In this document: one piece after another, positions 42,177-51,301 of the stretch
Numbering within the stretch: the stretch's first letter is position 1
How the letters are laid out: every line of letters begins with the position of its first letter
NCBI GenBank assembly: GCA_014190275.1
Contig: BJGE01000004.1
Span: 1-63,298 of the forward strand
Length of the DNA: 63,298 bases
Reading direction: 5' to 3'
DNA from: Actinomycetes bacterium
Lineage (GTDB): Bacteria > Actinomycetota > Actinomycetes > S36-B12
Translations under genes and position numbers: made by a program
The notes under the pieces: model-generated
Database searches by the model: none
What the model saw: the letters and a program-made list of their open reading frames with translations, nothing else
What the model was told of the DNA's origin: nothing

Positions 42177-43549
42177 TCGGTACCTGCCCGCAGCAGTGCC
42201 GACGCGACAACCTCTAGCCCGATACCGCGGGATGCTTTGATCAAGGCCACATCACCCGATACGAGGCTGCCTTGGAGAGCACTGATCGCGCCCTGCGGAT
42301 CCGCCACCCATGAACTGTGGACCAATGCGGTTTCCTGCGTGCTCTGATGCGCAGCTCGAGCCCCCTCACCGACACACAAGAGTTCGTCGATACCACGCTG
42401 TGCGGCATATTCACCGATTTTTGCGTGTTCCATCTCGGCAGCCTCGCCAAGTTCGCGCATCTCACCTAAAATCAACCAGGTGCGGCGGCCAGCGGCCATC
42501 GCAGCAAGGGTATCGATTGCGGCGCGCACCGAATCGGGGTTAGCGTTGTACGCGTCATTTATCAACGTGACGCCACTGGATAACTGGTGCACCTCCATTC
42601 GCCATTTACTTACCGGGTTGGCTGCGCGCAGTGCCATTGCGATTGTCTCAATGTCAATTTCGAGTGAGTGCGCCACCCCGGCTGCAATCAGGGCATTGGA
42701 TACGAAATGTCGACCGTGCAACTGCAGGCGAATCGGAGTGCTCATCTCACCGATTGTCAATGTGAAAGCCGCCCGTGCCTGACCGTCAACTCGAATATCG
42801 GTCGCACGCACGTCACAATGCGATCCCTCGCCACAGGTGACGACCCGCGCCACCGTGCGAGTAGCCTGCTCCATCACTAAGTGATCGTCGCCATTTAAGA
42901 TGGCAAATCCCGAACGTGGCAACGTGGCAATTATTTCGCCTTTCGCGCGAGCCACCATCTCGAGCGTTCCGACCACCCCCACATGGGCGGAACCAATATT
43001 TACTATGGCCGCTATCTCAGGCTCGGCAATCTCGGTCAGATAAGTCAAGTGCCCAGCACCCCGCATACCCATTTCAAGAACCAGGAACTCCGTGGACACA
43101 TCCGCCTGCAAGATGGTTAGCGGTACACCAACTTCGGTATTAAACGACCCCGGAGCAGACACCGTAGGTCCGGCCGCCCCAAGGACTTGCGCGAGTAGAT
43201 CTTTGGTGCTGGTCTTACCGCTTGATCCCGTAATCCCGATGACTATGGCGGAAAGTTTGTTTTCGCGCACCCAATGCGCGAGTACGCCGAGCGCAAGCAC
43301 CGGATCGGCCACAACTATGCAAGGCACATTAAGTGGGCGGCTAGCGAGCACAATTGCCGCCCCGTTTTGGACAGCGCTCGCCGCAAAATCATGACCGTCG
43401 ACATTGACACCGCGAATGGCGACGAACATCGCCCCGGGCGCCACCTGGCGTGAGTCAGTAACAACCTCGTGCACCCGAGCTGAAACATCCGCATGTTGAG
43501 TAACACCGCCAACAATCTTGGCTATCTCAGCAACACTCATTGGGATCAT
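42173..43549 (-). CDS. murF: UDP-MurNAc-tripeptide--D-Ala-D-Ala ligase
   Basis: GITGSSGKTSTKD P-loop and Mur ligase domains. Confidence 0.9.
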   Translation of the reverse strand: MIPMSVAEIAKIVGGVTQHADVSARVHEVVTDSRQVAPGAMFVAIRGVNVDGHDFAASAVQNGAAIVLASRPLNVPCIVVADPVLALGVLAHWVRENKLSAIVIGITGSSGKTSTKDLLAQVLGAAGPTVSAPGSFNTEVGVPLTILQADVSTEFLVLEMGMRGAGHLTYLTEIAEPEIAAIVNIGSAHVGVVGTLEMVARAKGEIIATLPRSGFAILNGDDHLVMEQATRTVARVVTCGEGSHCDVRATDIRVDGQARAAFTLTIGEMSTPIRLQLHGRHFVSNALIAAGVAHSLEIDIETIAMALRAANPVSKWRMEVHQLSSGVTLINDAYNANPDSVRAAIDTLAAMAAGRRTWLILGEMRELGEAAEMEHAKIGEYAAQRGIDELLCVGEGARAAHQSTQETALVHSSWVADPQGAISALQGSLVSGDVALIKASRGIGLEVVASALLRAGTE

Positions 43550-45099
43550 GATTCAGACCCCGCCCTATTCTTAAATGCCTCCCGTAACTCAACGCGATCA
43601 TCGAATGGAAGTATTACCCCAGCGATCTCCTGGCCCAGCTCATGGCCTTTACCAAGTACCAGCACGTAATCACCGGAACTGGCGATCGATACCGCCCGCG
43701 CGATCGCGGCTCGGCGATCAGCAACCTCCGTGACAGCAGCGAGTTCACCTCGACCTGACGCAGTCACGGCGCCGGCTCCCTTCAGTACTGCAGCACGGAT
43801 TAGCGCTGGGTCTTCAGATCTAGGATTATCATCAGTAACGATAACGTGATCTGCGAGCAGAGCGGCTGATTTACCCATCTCCGGGCGCTTGTTTCGGTCC
43901 CGGTCACCACCTGCACCTAAAACCACGATGAGTGCCCCGGTGCATTGCTCCTTGACACTCTCGATGACACCTGCGATGGCATCGGGGGTATGCGCATAGT
44001 CCACGATTCCGGTGACACCAGCGTGGCTGTAGACCACTTCCATTCTTCCCGGCACATTCACCGATGCGATACCAGATGCCGCAGCATCCGGAGCTACTCC
44101 CGCTACCCGGAGCATTACGTAGGCGCACAAGATATTTGCACGATTGAACGCCCCCGGGAGTTGACTTCTGAGTTCCTGTTTCTCACCCCCTGGTCCACTC
44201 ACAAAAGTCCGACCGCCAATTTCTGTCAAAGTCCAATCGGCCACCGCCCCCCGGCTGGACCAGGTGACTACCGGGATGGTGGCCTTAGCGGCCAGCCGAA
44301 GTCCCCACGGGGTGTCGACCCCGATGACACCAAGTTCTGCACGTGCTGGCGTGAAAAGAGCAGCCTTTGCCATGAAGTAGGCCTCCATGGTGCCGTGATA
44401 ATCCAGATGATCCTGTGAAAGATTAGTGAAGGCCGCCACCGCAAATCTAAGTCCATTGACGCGTCCTTCCATCAAGGCATGGCTGGAAACTTCAATGGCA
44501 ACGTCTTGAACCCCGCGCTCACGCATCAGACCAAGGAGAGCATGTAGGTGCGGTGCCTCGGGAGTCGTGCGAATGGCGCTTAAGGATTCCTTACCCATGC
44601 GCACGCCCACCGTTCCCACTATGCCGGTAACTCGACCGGCGGCATGGAGTCCGGATTCAATCAAATAGGTGACGGTGGTCTTGCCATTTGTGCCGGTAAC
44701 ACCAAATAGTCGAAGCGGTGTCGCCACCGCCAGCTCCGGTGCCGTCTGATAGATCTGTCCCGCCAATTGGCCAAGTAGCTGACGCGGGTTAGTCGATACC
44801 ACAACCGGGAAGTCCACCGGTCCGGTCGCCGCCAAAACCTGCAACCCTTCGGCATCGGTCAACACGCCTACGGCACCAGCACTAATAGCCGCTTCGATAA
44901 ACACTGATCCGTGGGTGTTGTGACCGGGTAAGGCCGCAAATAGGTCACCACTTTGTACCTCGCGCGAATCCAACTCCAACCCGAGGATTTCGACCGCACC
45001 GTCACCCAAGATCGTGAACCCACCCGACGGCGGGCACAGTTGCGCGAGGGCCATAGCGAGTGGCATCGGCCGTGGCACGGAGGACATTGGCCTAACCAC
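43546..45099 (-). CDS. murE: UDP-MurNAc-L-Ala-D-Glu--diamino acid ligase
   Basis: GVTGTNGKTT P-loop and a DDNPRSEDP motif near the C-terminus. Confidence 0.9.
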   Translation of the reverse strand: MVRPMSSVPRPMPLAMALAQLCPPSGGFTILGDGAVEILGLELDSREVQSGDLFAALPGHNTHGSVFIEAAISAGAVGVLTDAEGLQVLAATGPVDFPVVVSTNPRQLLGQLAGQIYQTAPELAVATPLRLFGVTGTNGKTTVTYLIESGLHAAGRVTGIVGTVGVRMGKESLSAIRTTPEAPHLHALLGLMRERGVQDVAIEVSSHALMEGRVNGLRFAVAAFTNLSQDHLDYHGTMEAYFMAKAALFTPARAELGVIGVDTPWGLRLAAKATIPVVTWSSRGAVADWTLTEIGGRTFVSGPGGEKQELRSQLPGAFNRANILCAYVMLRVAGVAPDAAASGIASVNVPGRMEVVYSHAGVTGIVDYAHTPDAIAGVIESVKEQCTGALIVVLGAGGDRDRNKRPEMGKSAALLADHVIVTDDNPRSEDPALIRAAVLKGAGAVTASGRGELAAVTEVADRRAAIARAVSIASSGDYVLVLGKGHELGQEIAGVILPFDDRVELREAFKNRAGSES

Positions 45100-46897
45100 C
45101 GCTGAAGGTTAAGGCCAAATTGGCGGACCGGGTACCGGTCGGTGGTATCCGTTGCGTCTGAAGTGCATAGGTCATCACCTCTTTAAACACCGGTGCGGCG
45201 AGCTCACCGCCATATCGACCAATGCGCGGGTTGACAACACTCACCGCCACCACTAGCTGTGCATTGTCGGCGGGAGCCATCCCAATGAATGACGCGACTA
45301 CGCCACCGTTGTAACAGCCGCATGCTGGATCTACATACATTGCGGTTCCAGTCTTGCCCCCGATTCGATATCCGGGGATCTTTGCATTTACACCTGTTCC
45401 ACCTTGCCCCACCACGCTCTCTAGCATGGCACGTACCTGTTTCGCGGTCTCGGCGCTTACCACTTGAGTCATAGTCGGCGCTGGCGGCCTCTCAACTAAG
45501 CCATCCTCATGAAGCACACCAGCCACCAAACTTGGTTGCACTCGCACCCCATCATTTGCAATGGTCGCGTACACACTCGCAGCCTGCACCGCGTTAACGC
45601 TCAATCCTTGACCAAATGCGATCGTCGGAAATGAGGTTACGGACCAATCCTTGTATTTAGGCACTTTCCCGGGACTTTCACCGGGGAAGTTCAGGCCGAT
45701 CTTTTCGCCGATCCCGAATTTCTTGAGGTATTCATAAAGGGTCCGCCCACCTATCCGCTCAGCCGCCAAGATCGTCCCCATGTTGCTGGATTTCGCCATC
45801 ACCCCGGCAAGGGTTAGACGCAAGGTGCCATGGGGCTCACTGTCATGGAAAACTTTGTCACCGCGCTTAAGACCACTTGGTACCGTAAAAGTTGAGTACG
45901 GGGTGGCCATTCCTTGGTCGACCACCGCCGCCAGCGTCATCACCTTGCTGGTAGACCCTGGTTCATAAACGGAGCTAAGTGCACGGTTGCCGCGATTCGC
46001 CGCGGCCGAGGCACCCGCCCTATTGGCATCGAAGGTCGGCGCCTCCGCCAATGCCAAGATTTGGCCGGTCTTAGGATCCAGCACCACCACCGTGCCACTA
46101 TCCGCCCGCGAAGCTGCAACCTGCGCGGCAATTGCCTCCTGGGCCACATATTGAATATCTCGATTGATCGTCAACTGCACGCTGGCACCGGCGGTTGCAT
46201 CCACCTGATCGCGCTGCGCGGTCGGGATCACACGACCCCCCGGCCCCCGTTCGAAGGTGATACTCCCGGCAGTGCCCGCGAGTACCGCTTCGTATGCGTA
46301 TTCGATCCCACCCGCTCCTACCCCATCTGCACCGACAAAGCCAATGACGTTGGCACCTAAATCCTCCCCGGGATAGATCCGCCGAGCTGTCTCCTCACTA
46401 AAAACACCGGGCAGGCGAAGTGCTTCGATAAGACGCCAGGTCTGGGGGGTTAGGTCCTTGGCGACATACACAAATTTTCGTTCACCTGTCAATCGGGTAA
46501 TCAACTCACCAATGTCCAGCCCGAGAATCGGGGACAGCGCAATGGCTACCGCGGTGGGATCGGTAACCAATGTTTGATCCACGGTCAAATTGCGAGCCTG
46601 CATGGTTACCGCCAACGGCTCTCCGTTGGTGTCAATAATGGCGCCCCGCCCAGCCAAGATCGGCACGGTTCGTAGCCGTTGGTCAAGGGCCGCGGCGGCC
46701 AGGGATTCACCGCGCACGGCCTGCAAGTCAATGAGGCGGGCCGCGAAAATAGTTAACACGATAACTGTCACCAACGTGAGAATCCCACCGCGTCGGTACG
46801 GGTTTCCAAGTTGCAGATTAGCTACCGGGACCTCGGCATTAGGTGATTTAAATCTTGACCTTGGCTCGGCCCGATGCCGAGTTGAGGTGTGCGCCAT
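45092..46897 (-). CDS. ftsI: Class B penicillin-binding protein (FtsI/PbpB)
   Basis: N-terminal TM anchor and transpeptidase motifs GSTSKV (SxxK), KSSN (SxN) and GKTGTA (KTG). Confidence 0.9.
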   Translation of the reverse strand: MAHTSTRHRAEPRSRFKSPNAEVPVANLQLGNPYRRGGILTLVTVIVLTIFAARLIDLQAVRGESLAAAALDQRLRTVPILAGRGAIIDTNGEPLAVTMQARNLTVDQTLVTDPTAVAIALSPILGLDIGELITRLTGERKFVYVAKDLTPQTWRLIEALRLPGVFSEETARRIYPGEDLGANVIGFVGADGVGAGGIEYAYEAVLAGTAGSITFERGPGGRVIPTAQRDQVDATAGASVQLTINRDIQYVAQEAIAAQVAASRADSGTVVVLDPKTGQILALAEAPTFDANRAGASAAANRGNRALSSVYEPGSTSKVMTLAAVVDQGMATPYSTFTVPSGLKRGDKVFHDSEPHGTLRLTLAGVMAKSSNMGTILAAERIGGRTLYEYLKKFGIGEKIGLNFPGESPGKVPKYKDWSVTSFPTIAFGQGLSVNAVQAASVYATIANDGVRVQPSLVAGVLHEDGLVERPPAPTMTQVVSAETAKQVRAMLESVVGQGGTGVNAKIPGYRIGGKTGTAMYVDPACGCYNGGVVASFIGMAPADNAQLVVAVSVVNPRIGRYGGELAAPVFKEVMTYALQTQRIPPTGTRSANLALTFSGG

Positions 46898-46911
46898 ACC
46901 GCAGCCGTTGC

Positions 46912-47691
46912 TCAGTTCACCGGCTTGGCGACAAGTCCGGCATCTGCACCGGTGTTGCCGATCTCAATTGGGACTTCGGCCCATAGTGAATTCTCATTCT
47001 GCTTATCCGCGACCGCGCCCCTCGCCGGCTTGGTGGGCTTGGTGGGCTTAGTCGGCTTAGTGGGCTGGGCCAGCTCGGCAGCCTTAGCTGCGTCCGCAGC
47101 AGCGGGATCGTAGTTTTCTCCTGGCACACTCGACAGTTCGGTGCCGACGGCTACGCCGTCGGTCGCCTCCAGTGCCGTCGCGTCAGCCGGTGTGGCTAAC
47201 AACGAATTTGCATCGAGCGTGATGGTGACCGGGCGCCCGGGAGCTGGTTTGGGATTACCGAGAATCGCGCCATCGGGCAGGCGCAGGAAGACCGGGGTTT
47301 GACTAGGCACCATGCCGAGGGCGCGGGCCTTGGCCTCAAGGGCGCTAGGGGTTGAATTAGCCTCCACCGCCTCGGTGAGGACCGCCTCCTGCTCGGCTAA
47401 GGCCGCCTGCTCCTGCTGCAACTCGGTGATCTGGAACGCCCCCTGAGCTAATGAGGTGTTGATCACCAACATCGCGACTAAACCAACACCTAGCAACGCG
47501 GTGACGAAGAGAATGAAGACTCCCCTGCTGGCGCGCTCTGGGCGAAGTGGTGATACCAACCGCAGATTCGGCCGGGCATGCTTTCGAGCATGAGCGCCGC
47601 GAGTGGCGTATTCGGTGCCCCCGGGGTTGACCAAATCAAGGTCTTTTGGACCTTGCGGGTTAATCTCATGCTTGCGGGCAGGAGCACTCAT
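46912..47691 (-). CDS. FtsL-like septal membrane protein with long C-terminal extension
   Basis: Start taken at ATG 47691 overlapping the rsmH stop (ATGA). Single TM helix ([20 protein letters not shown]) followed by coiled-coil-like [18 protein letters not shown]. It occupies the ftsL slot between rsmH and ftsI. The C-terminal half is low complexity. Confidence 0.65.
   Translation of the reverse strand: MSAPARKHEINPQGPKDLDLVNPGGTEYATRGAHARKHARPNLRLVSPLRPERASRGVFILFVTALLGVGLVAMLVINTSLAQGAFQITELQQEQAALAEQEAVLTEAVEANSTPSALEAKARALGMVPSQTPVFLRLPDGAILGNPKPAPGRPVTITLDANSLLATPADATALEATDGVAVGTELSSVPGENYDPAAADAAKAAELAQPTKPTKPTKPTKPARGAVADKQNENSLWAEVPIEIGNTGADAGLVAKPVN
47027..47065 (-). repeat. 9-bp tandem coding repeat (PTK x4)
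   Basis: Plus strand reads ggcttggtg ggcttggtg ggcttagtc ggcttagtg ggc, encoding [13 protein letters not shown] in the FtsL-like protein. Confidence 0.85.
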
Positions 47692-48638
47692 GCCGCCACC
47701 CGCTCTGCAGCTCGAACGCGCACCGATGCCGCTCGCGGATTGCCGGATAGCTCCGCTTCGTCGGCAGTCTCCGCACCGCGGGTAAGTAGTTGCAGCCAAG
47801 GCAGCAGGTTTTCCGGAATCACCGGTAGTCCACGCGGGATATCGGGATGTGCGCCTTTGGCTAAGGCCTGCTTCACCATGCGATCTTCGAGTGACTGATA
47901 GGACATGACCACAATGCGTCCACCAACGCACAGGGCATCAAGTGCAGCCGGGAGTGCAGCTCGAAGTGCCTCCAGCTCACCATTTACCTCAATTCGCAAA
48001 GCTTGGAATGTGCGCTTGGCCGGGTTACCGCCGGTACGACGAGCCGGAGCTGGGATGGCCTGGCGAATCAGATCAACCAGCCGGGTGGAATTAGTGAATG
48101 GCTCTTCAGCCCGCTCAGCAACAATTTTGGCGGCGATCCGACCCGCGAACTTCTCTTCGCCATAATTTCGCAATACGCGGGCCAGTTTATTTTCCTCATA
48201 GGTGTTCAGAACATCTGCCGCGGTCATCCCGGTGGATGAATCCATTCGCATATCAAGTGGCCCGTCGCTGGAATATGAGAAACCCCGCTGGACTTCGTCA
48301 AGTTGCATTGACGAAACACCTAGGTCAAACAAGATCCCCTGAACTTTGGGCAACCCGAGGGAATCAAGTACCTCCGGGAGTTCGTCGTAAACCGCATGCA
48401 CGAAAGTGATGCGTTCCCCGAAACCAGCTAGCCGCTCGCGGGATAACTCAATTGCCTCGTTATCGCGATCTAACCCGACCAGGTGCAAGTTCGGAAATTG
48501 GCGAAGTGCGAATTCCGCGTGCCCACCAAGGCCCAAAGTGGCGTCAACCAGGACGGCGCCGGGGGCCGCGAGCGCCGGCGCCAAGAGCGCAATCACTCGC
48601 GCGGGCATAACCGGTAGGTGACGAACTGCGGTGGCCAT
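47688..48638 (-). CDS. rsmH: 16S rRNA (cytosine1402-N4)-methyltransferase
   Basis: [10 protein letters not shown] and [11 protein letters not shown] motifs, at the conserved position after mraZ. Confidence 0.9.
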   Translation of the reverse strand: MATAVRHLPVMPARVIALLAPALAAPGAVLVDATLGLGGHAEFALRQFPNLHLVGLDRDNEAIELSRERLAGFGERITFVHAVYDELPEVLDSLGLPKVQGILFDLGVSSMQLDEVQRGFSYSSDGPLDMRMDSSTGMTAADVLNTYEENKLARVLRNYGEEKFAGRIAAKIVAERAEEPFTNSTRLVDLIRQAIPAPARRTGGNPAKRTFQALRIEVNGELEALRAALPAALDALCVGGRIVVMSYQSLEDRMVKQALAKGAHPDIPRGLPVIPENLLPWLQLLTRGAETADEAELSGNPRAASVRVRAAERVAA

Positions 48639-48856
48639 CAGATTTGACCCCAGCCACTGACCAGATTAGCGAAGCCAACCATTACCGCTGAAGTCAGACC
48701 TGAGGCGAGAGCTAATACAGCGAACGGACGCAGCGCATTGCTAGTAGGGCGAAGCGACGAAACGACCCGCAACACCGGTGCACCCGACAACTGCTGCGGC
48801 AAAGCCACAGTCACTGCCGGTAACTCCCGTGCTGGCACTGCCATCATGTCCTCCAC
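48638..48856 (-). CDS. Hypothetical small protein with C-terminal hydrophobic helix
   Basis: About 68-72 aa. A GGAGGA Shine-Dalgarno sequence sits just upstream of the ATGATG at 48847/48844. The stop overlaps the rsmH start by 1 nt. The C-terminal segment [22 protein letters not shown] is hydrophobic. I recognise no family. Confidence 0.4.
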   Translation of the reverse strand: MEDMMAVPARELPAVTVALPQQLSGAPVLRVVSSLRPTSNALRPFAVLALASGLTSAVMVGFANLVSGWGQI

Positions 48857-48907
48857 TTAGCGTGATATTCGCTTTAGTTGCTGACTACTTTTTCCGCTGC
48901 CGCGTGG

Positions 48908-48944
48908 CCAGGTCCCCACCCGCTTGATTTCAGCGGGTCCCTGG
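48908..48944 (-). other. Hairpin in the mraZ-downstream spacer
   Basis: ACCCGCT (48918-48924) pairs with AGCGGGT (48932-48938) around a 7-nt loop. The stem is extended by CCAGG (48908-48912) pairing with CCTGG (48940-48944). No U-tract follows on the sense strand. Confidence 0.4.
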
Positions 48945-49000
48945 CGCCGGGGAAGTGCGTCAGGAACTGCGGGAGCGGGAGGAGACCTCACCGCGCGGCA

Positions 49001-49432
49001 TCACAAGATCCCGGGCACCACCTCTTCACTGATATCGGAGAAGGCGTCTTCCTGGGTGGCCAAATAGGAATTCCAGGCGGTGGCATCCCACATTTCGACC
49101 GTGCTGCCATTACCGACGACAACAACTTCACGGTTCAGGCCGGCATACTCCCGAAGTGCAGGCGGCACCGTGATGCGACCTTGGCGATCGGGTATTTCAT
49201 CAAACGCCCCCGAGAACAGCACTCGTAGGTAGGCCCGCACCTGGGCATCTGAACGGGAGGCCTCATTCAGACGTTCGGCGTATGACGCGAACTGTGCCGC
49301 GGGCCACACCACGATCGAGCGCTCTTGCCCCTTGGTGAGCACCAGACCGGCGGCCAAGCCCTCACGGAACTTTGCCGGCAGGACCAAGCGGCCTTTATCG
49401 TCCAGCAGGGGGGCATGAGTTCCCAAGAACAC
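49001..49432 (-). CDS. mraZ: Transcriptional regulator MraZ
   Basis: [22 protein letters not shown] and a second repeat [13 protein letters not shown] (two SpoVT/AbrB-like halves). Start taken at GTG 49432, 8 nt after GGGAGG, giving the canonical MFLGTH N-terminus. Confidence 0.9.
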   Translation of the reverse strand: MFLGTHAPLLDDKGRLVLPAKFREGLAAGLVLTKGQERSIVVWPAAQFASYAERLNEASRSDAQVRAYLRVLFSGAFDEIPDRQGRITVPPALREYAGLNREVVVVGNGSTVEMWDATAWNSYLATQEDAFSDISEEVVPGIL

Positions 49433-49448
49433 CTGCTCCACCTCCCGT

Positions 49449-49465
49449 CACATTGGCCACATTGG
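49449..49465 (-). promoter_or_regulatory. Tandem 9-bp direct repeat in the mraZ leader (candidate MraZ box)
   Basis: Sense strand reads CCAATGTG-G-CCAATGTG, between the predicted -10 and the Shine-Dalgarno sequence. MraZ proteins are known to bind short direct repeats in their own leader. Confidence 0.25.
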
Positions 49466-49482
49466 TAACCCCGAGCGGCACC

Positions 49483-49510
49483 ACTATACTCCATTTCCCT
49501 CCACCGTCAA
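49483..49510 (-). promoter_or_regulatory. Candidate dcw/mraZ promoter (TTGACG-N16-TATAGT)
   Basis: On the sense strand, TTGACG (49510-49505) and TATAGT (49488-49483) are separated by 16 nt, about 50 nt upstream of the mraZ start. Confidence 0.45.
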
Positions 49511-49639
49511 CCTCTTACCCCCATATTTAGGTCAGATTCCTCCACCAAAGCCACCTAAATTGCCCGCCTCCCGCAGCGCCCAGGTGGTTTGTGCCAGTAG
49601 GTATTAACCGCGTCAACGTTCTTGCCATTCGGAATCTAA

Positions 49640-50710
49640 ATGCGGTTGCGCCGCTCTAGGATCATCGGCATGGCTAAAAGCAATGCTTTTCAACGCTCAC
49701 TGCTGGCCTTTGGCCTTGCCGCGGCGGTCACCATGGCTGGAATCCCTGGGGCGGAGGCCGCCGATGTGCTCTCGGCGACACCGTCGACCATTGCGGGCGC
49801 GACACTAGCTGTCACGCCGACCACCGCGGCTTCGCCTCCCGGCGTCTCGCCCGACGTCTTCTTCGACGACACCACCGGCACCTACTACCTGTATACGACG
49901 AACGCGCCCGCGAAGGCCTACACCTCAAGCGACGGGGTGAACTGGACGGAGTCCAAAGGAGCCCAGTTGCCCGCGGGCTTTGACTGGTCGGTCGTGAAGA
50001 TGGGACCGAACAACTACCGCATGTACTACGCCAGTATGACGAATAAACCGGGCGTCGTGGCGTGCGCGGACAAGATGAAAGCTCTGTCCTACGCTACGTC
50101 AACCGATCTGCTGAACTGGACTGCCCAGCCCGGCTCGCTCGTCGAGGATCTCGGCTGCGGGGTACCGCATGTCCTGCGCAAGCCAGACGGCACTTTCCTG
50201 CTTTACAACAACACCTTCTCGCCACAAGGCAAGCTCGGAATGAATATCTCGACTTCGACAGACGGGCTTTCTTGGACCTTGGCCGCGTTCATCCAAGATT
50301 GCAATCTCGGGGACCCGGCACCACTCATGATGCCAGACGGCACGTACCTCATGATCAGCTCGGCGGTCTGCCTGGGCCAGCAGGATGCGCAGATCTACAG
50401 CTCCCCCAACGGGCTCGACTGGACCCACCGATCCAGCGCGCTACTCGTCATTCCCGGCGTCAGCTTCTTAGACCCGAGCGTGGAACTCGTCAACGGTAAG
50501 TTGCGGGTCTGGTTCGGCTATGCCCCGGGCGGGGACCACGCCAAATCCGTAATCGCCAATGGGGCCCTCACCCTCGGCTCCACTGCCAGCAAGACAAGTA
50601 ACAAGCCCGGGACAGCGTGCACTAAGGCTGGAGCAAAGGCCAAGTACAACGGCAAGGTGGTCGTTTGCACAAAGACAAAGGGCAAACTTGTCTGGGTGCG
50701 CGTCGACTGA
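49640..50710 (+). CDS. Secreted beta-propeller protein, glycoside-hydrolase-like (GH43/32 clan or BNR-like), with a Lys-rich two-Cys C-terminal module
   Basis: Signal peptide (LLAFGLAAAVTMAGIPGAEA, then ADV). Blade motifs recur as SSDGVNWT, STDLLNWT, STDGLSWT and SPNGLDWT. N-terminal SPDVFFDDTTGTYYLYTT resembles the GH43-type first blade. The C-terminal tail is GTACTKAGAKAKYNGKVVVCTKTKGKLVWVRV. The start may be ATG 49670. Confidence 0.55.
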   Translation: MRLRRSRIIGMAKSNAFQRSLLAFGLAAAVTMAGIPGAEAADVLSATPSTIAGATLAVTPTTAASPPGVSPDVFFDDTTGTYYLYTTNAPAKAYTSSDGVNWTESKGAQLPAGFDWSVVKMGPNNYRMYYASMTNKPGVVACADKMKALSYATSTDLLNWTAQPGSLVEDLGCGVPHVLRKPDGTFLLYNNTFSPQGKLGMNISTSTDGLSWTLAAFIQDCNLGDPAPLMMPDGTYLMISSAVCLGQQDAQIYSSPNGLDWTHRSSALLVIPGVSFLDPSVELVNGKLRVWFGYAPGGDHAKSVIANGALTLGSTASKTSNKPGTACTKAGAKAKYNGKVVVCTKTKGKLVWVRVD

Positions 50711-50719
50711 GCAACGCGA

Positions 50720-51301
50720 TTACCGGCTGGCTCGCGACGTTGCCGCGGGGGCCCAAAGCGGGATAGGCACCCCCACTACCCGACTGATTACTATCGCCTG
50801 CCCGATGATGACCAAGACGGCAAGCAACAAAACCACCAGTTGCTGAGGGGACGTCATTAGGCCGGCCGCAACTATCAAGGTGGTGGCGCCAGCCGGGGCA
50901 TGTGGAACGCGTAGCCAAACCATCACCGAAAGGGTCAGGCAAAGAGCCAAAGTCAAGGCACCTGCTCGAGCCCAGCTAACCCCGGTGAGATCTGGTCCGA
51001 CATCAAGTAGCCCGAATATCGCCAGAGCAAATACACCCGCGAGTAAGCCGATCAGCTGCCCGAAGAAGACATTCCGGGGGGCTGCCTGCACACTTTGTGC
51101 CGAAAAGTAGAACACAAAAACGCTGGCTCCCAAGGACGGGAAGACAAATGGCTGCTGCAGGAGAACTGCAATCAACGCGAGCGTGCCAAAAGAAATAATT
51201 GAAGTAACGAGGAGATAGGCGCCTTGGACGCGAGTTTTCCCGAAGCGGCGCTGCCAGATGGCAAGCCGCGAGGATTCGGCCGCCGACCCGGGTAGGTTCA
51301 C
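50720..51301 (-). CDS. HPP-family integral membrane protein
   Basis: 193 aa, polytopic. VPHAPAGATTLIV matches the HPP-family signature region (HPP varied to HAP). Its start overlaps the upstream gene's stop by 4 bp. Confidence 0.55.
   Translation of the reverse strand: MNLPGSAAESSRLAIWQRRFGKTRVQGAYLLVTSIISFGTLALIAVLLQQPFVFPSLGASVFVFYFSAQSVQAAPRNVFFGQLIGLLAGVFALAIFGLLDVGPDLTGVSWARAGALTLALCLTLSVMVWLRVPHAPAGATTLIVAAGLMTSPQQLVVLLLAVLVIIGQAIVISRVVGVPIPLWAPAATSRASR

Noticed and set aside
49640-50710. Horizontal acquisition of the beta-propeller gene.
   Set aside because: By eye its GC content is similar to the neighbouring genes, and there are no flanking repeats, tRNA, integrase or transposase. 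Only the strand switch and its position hint at insertion, so I make no HGT claim.
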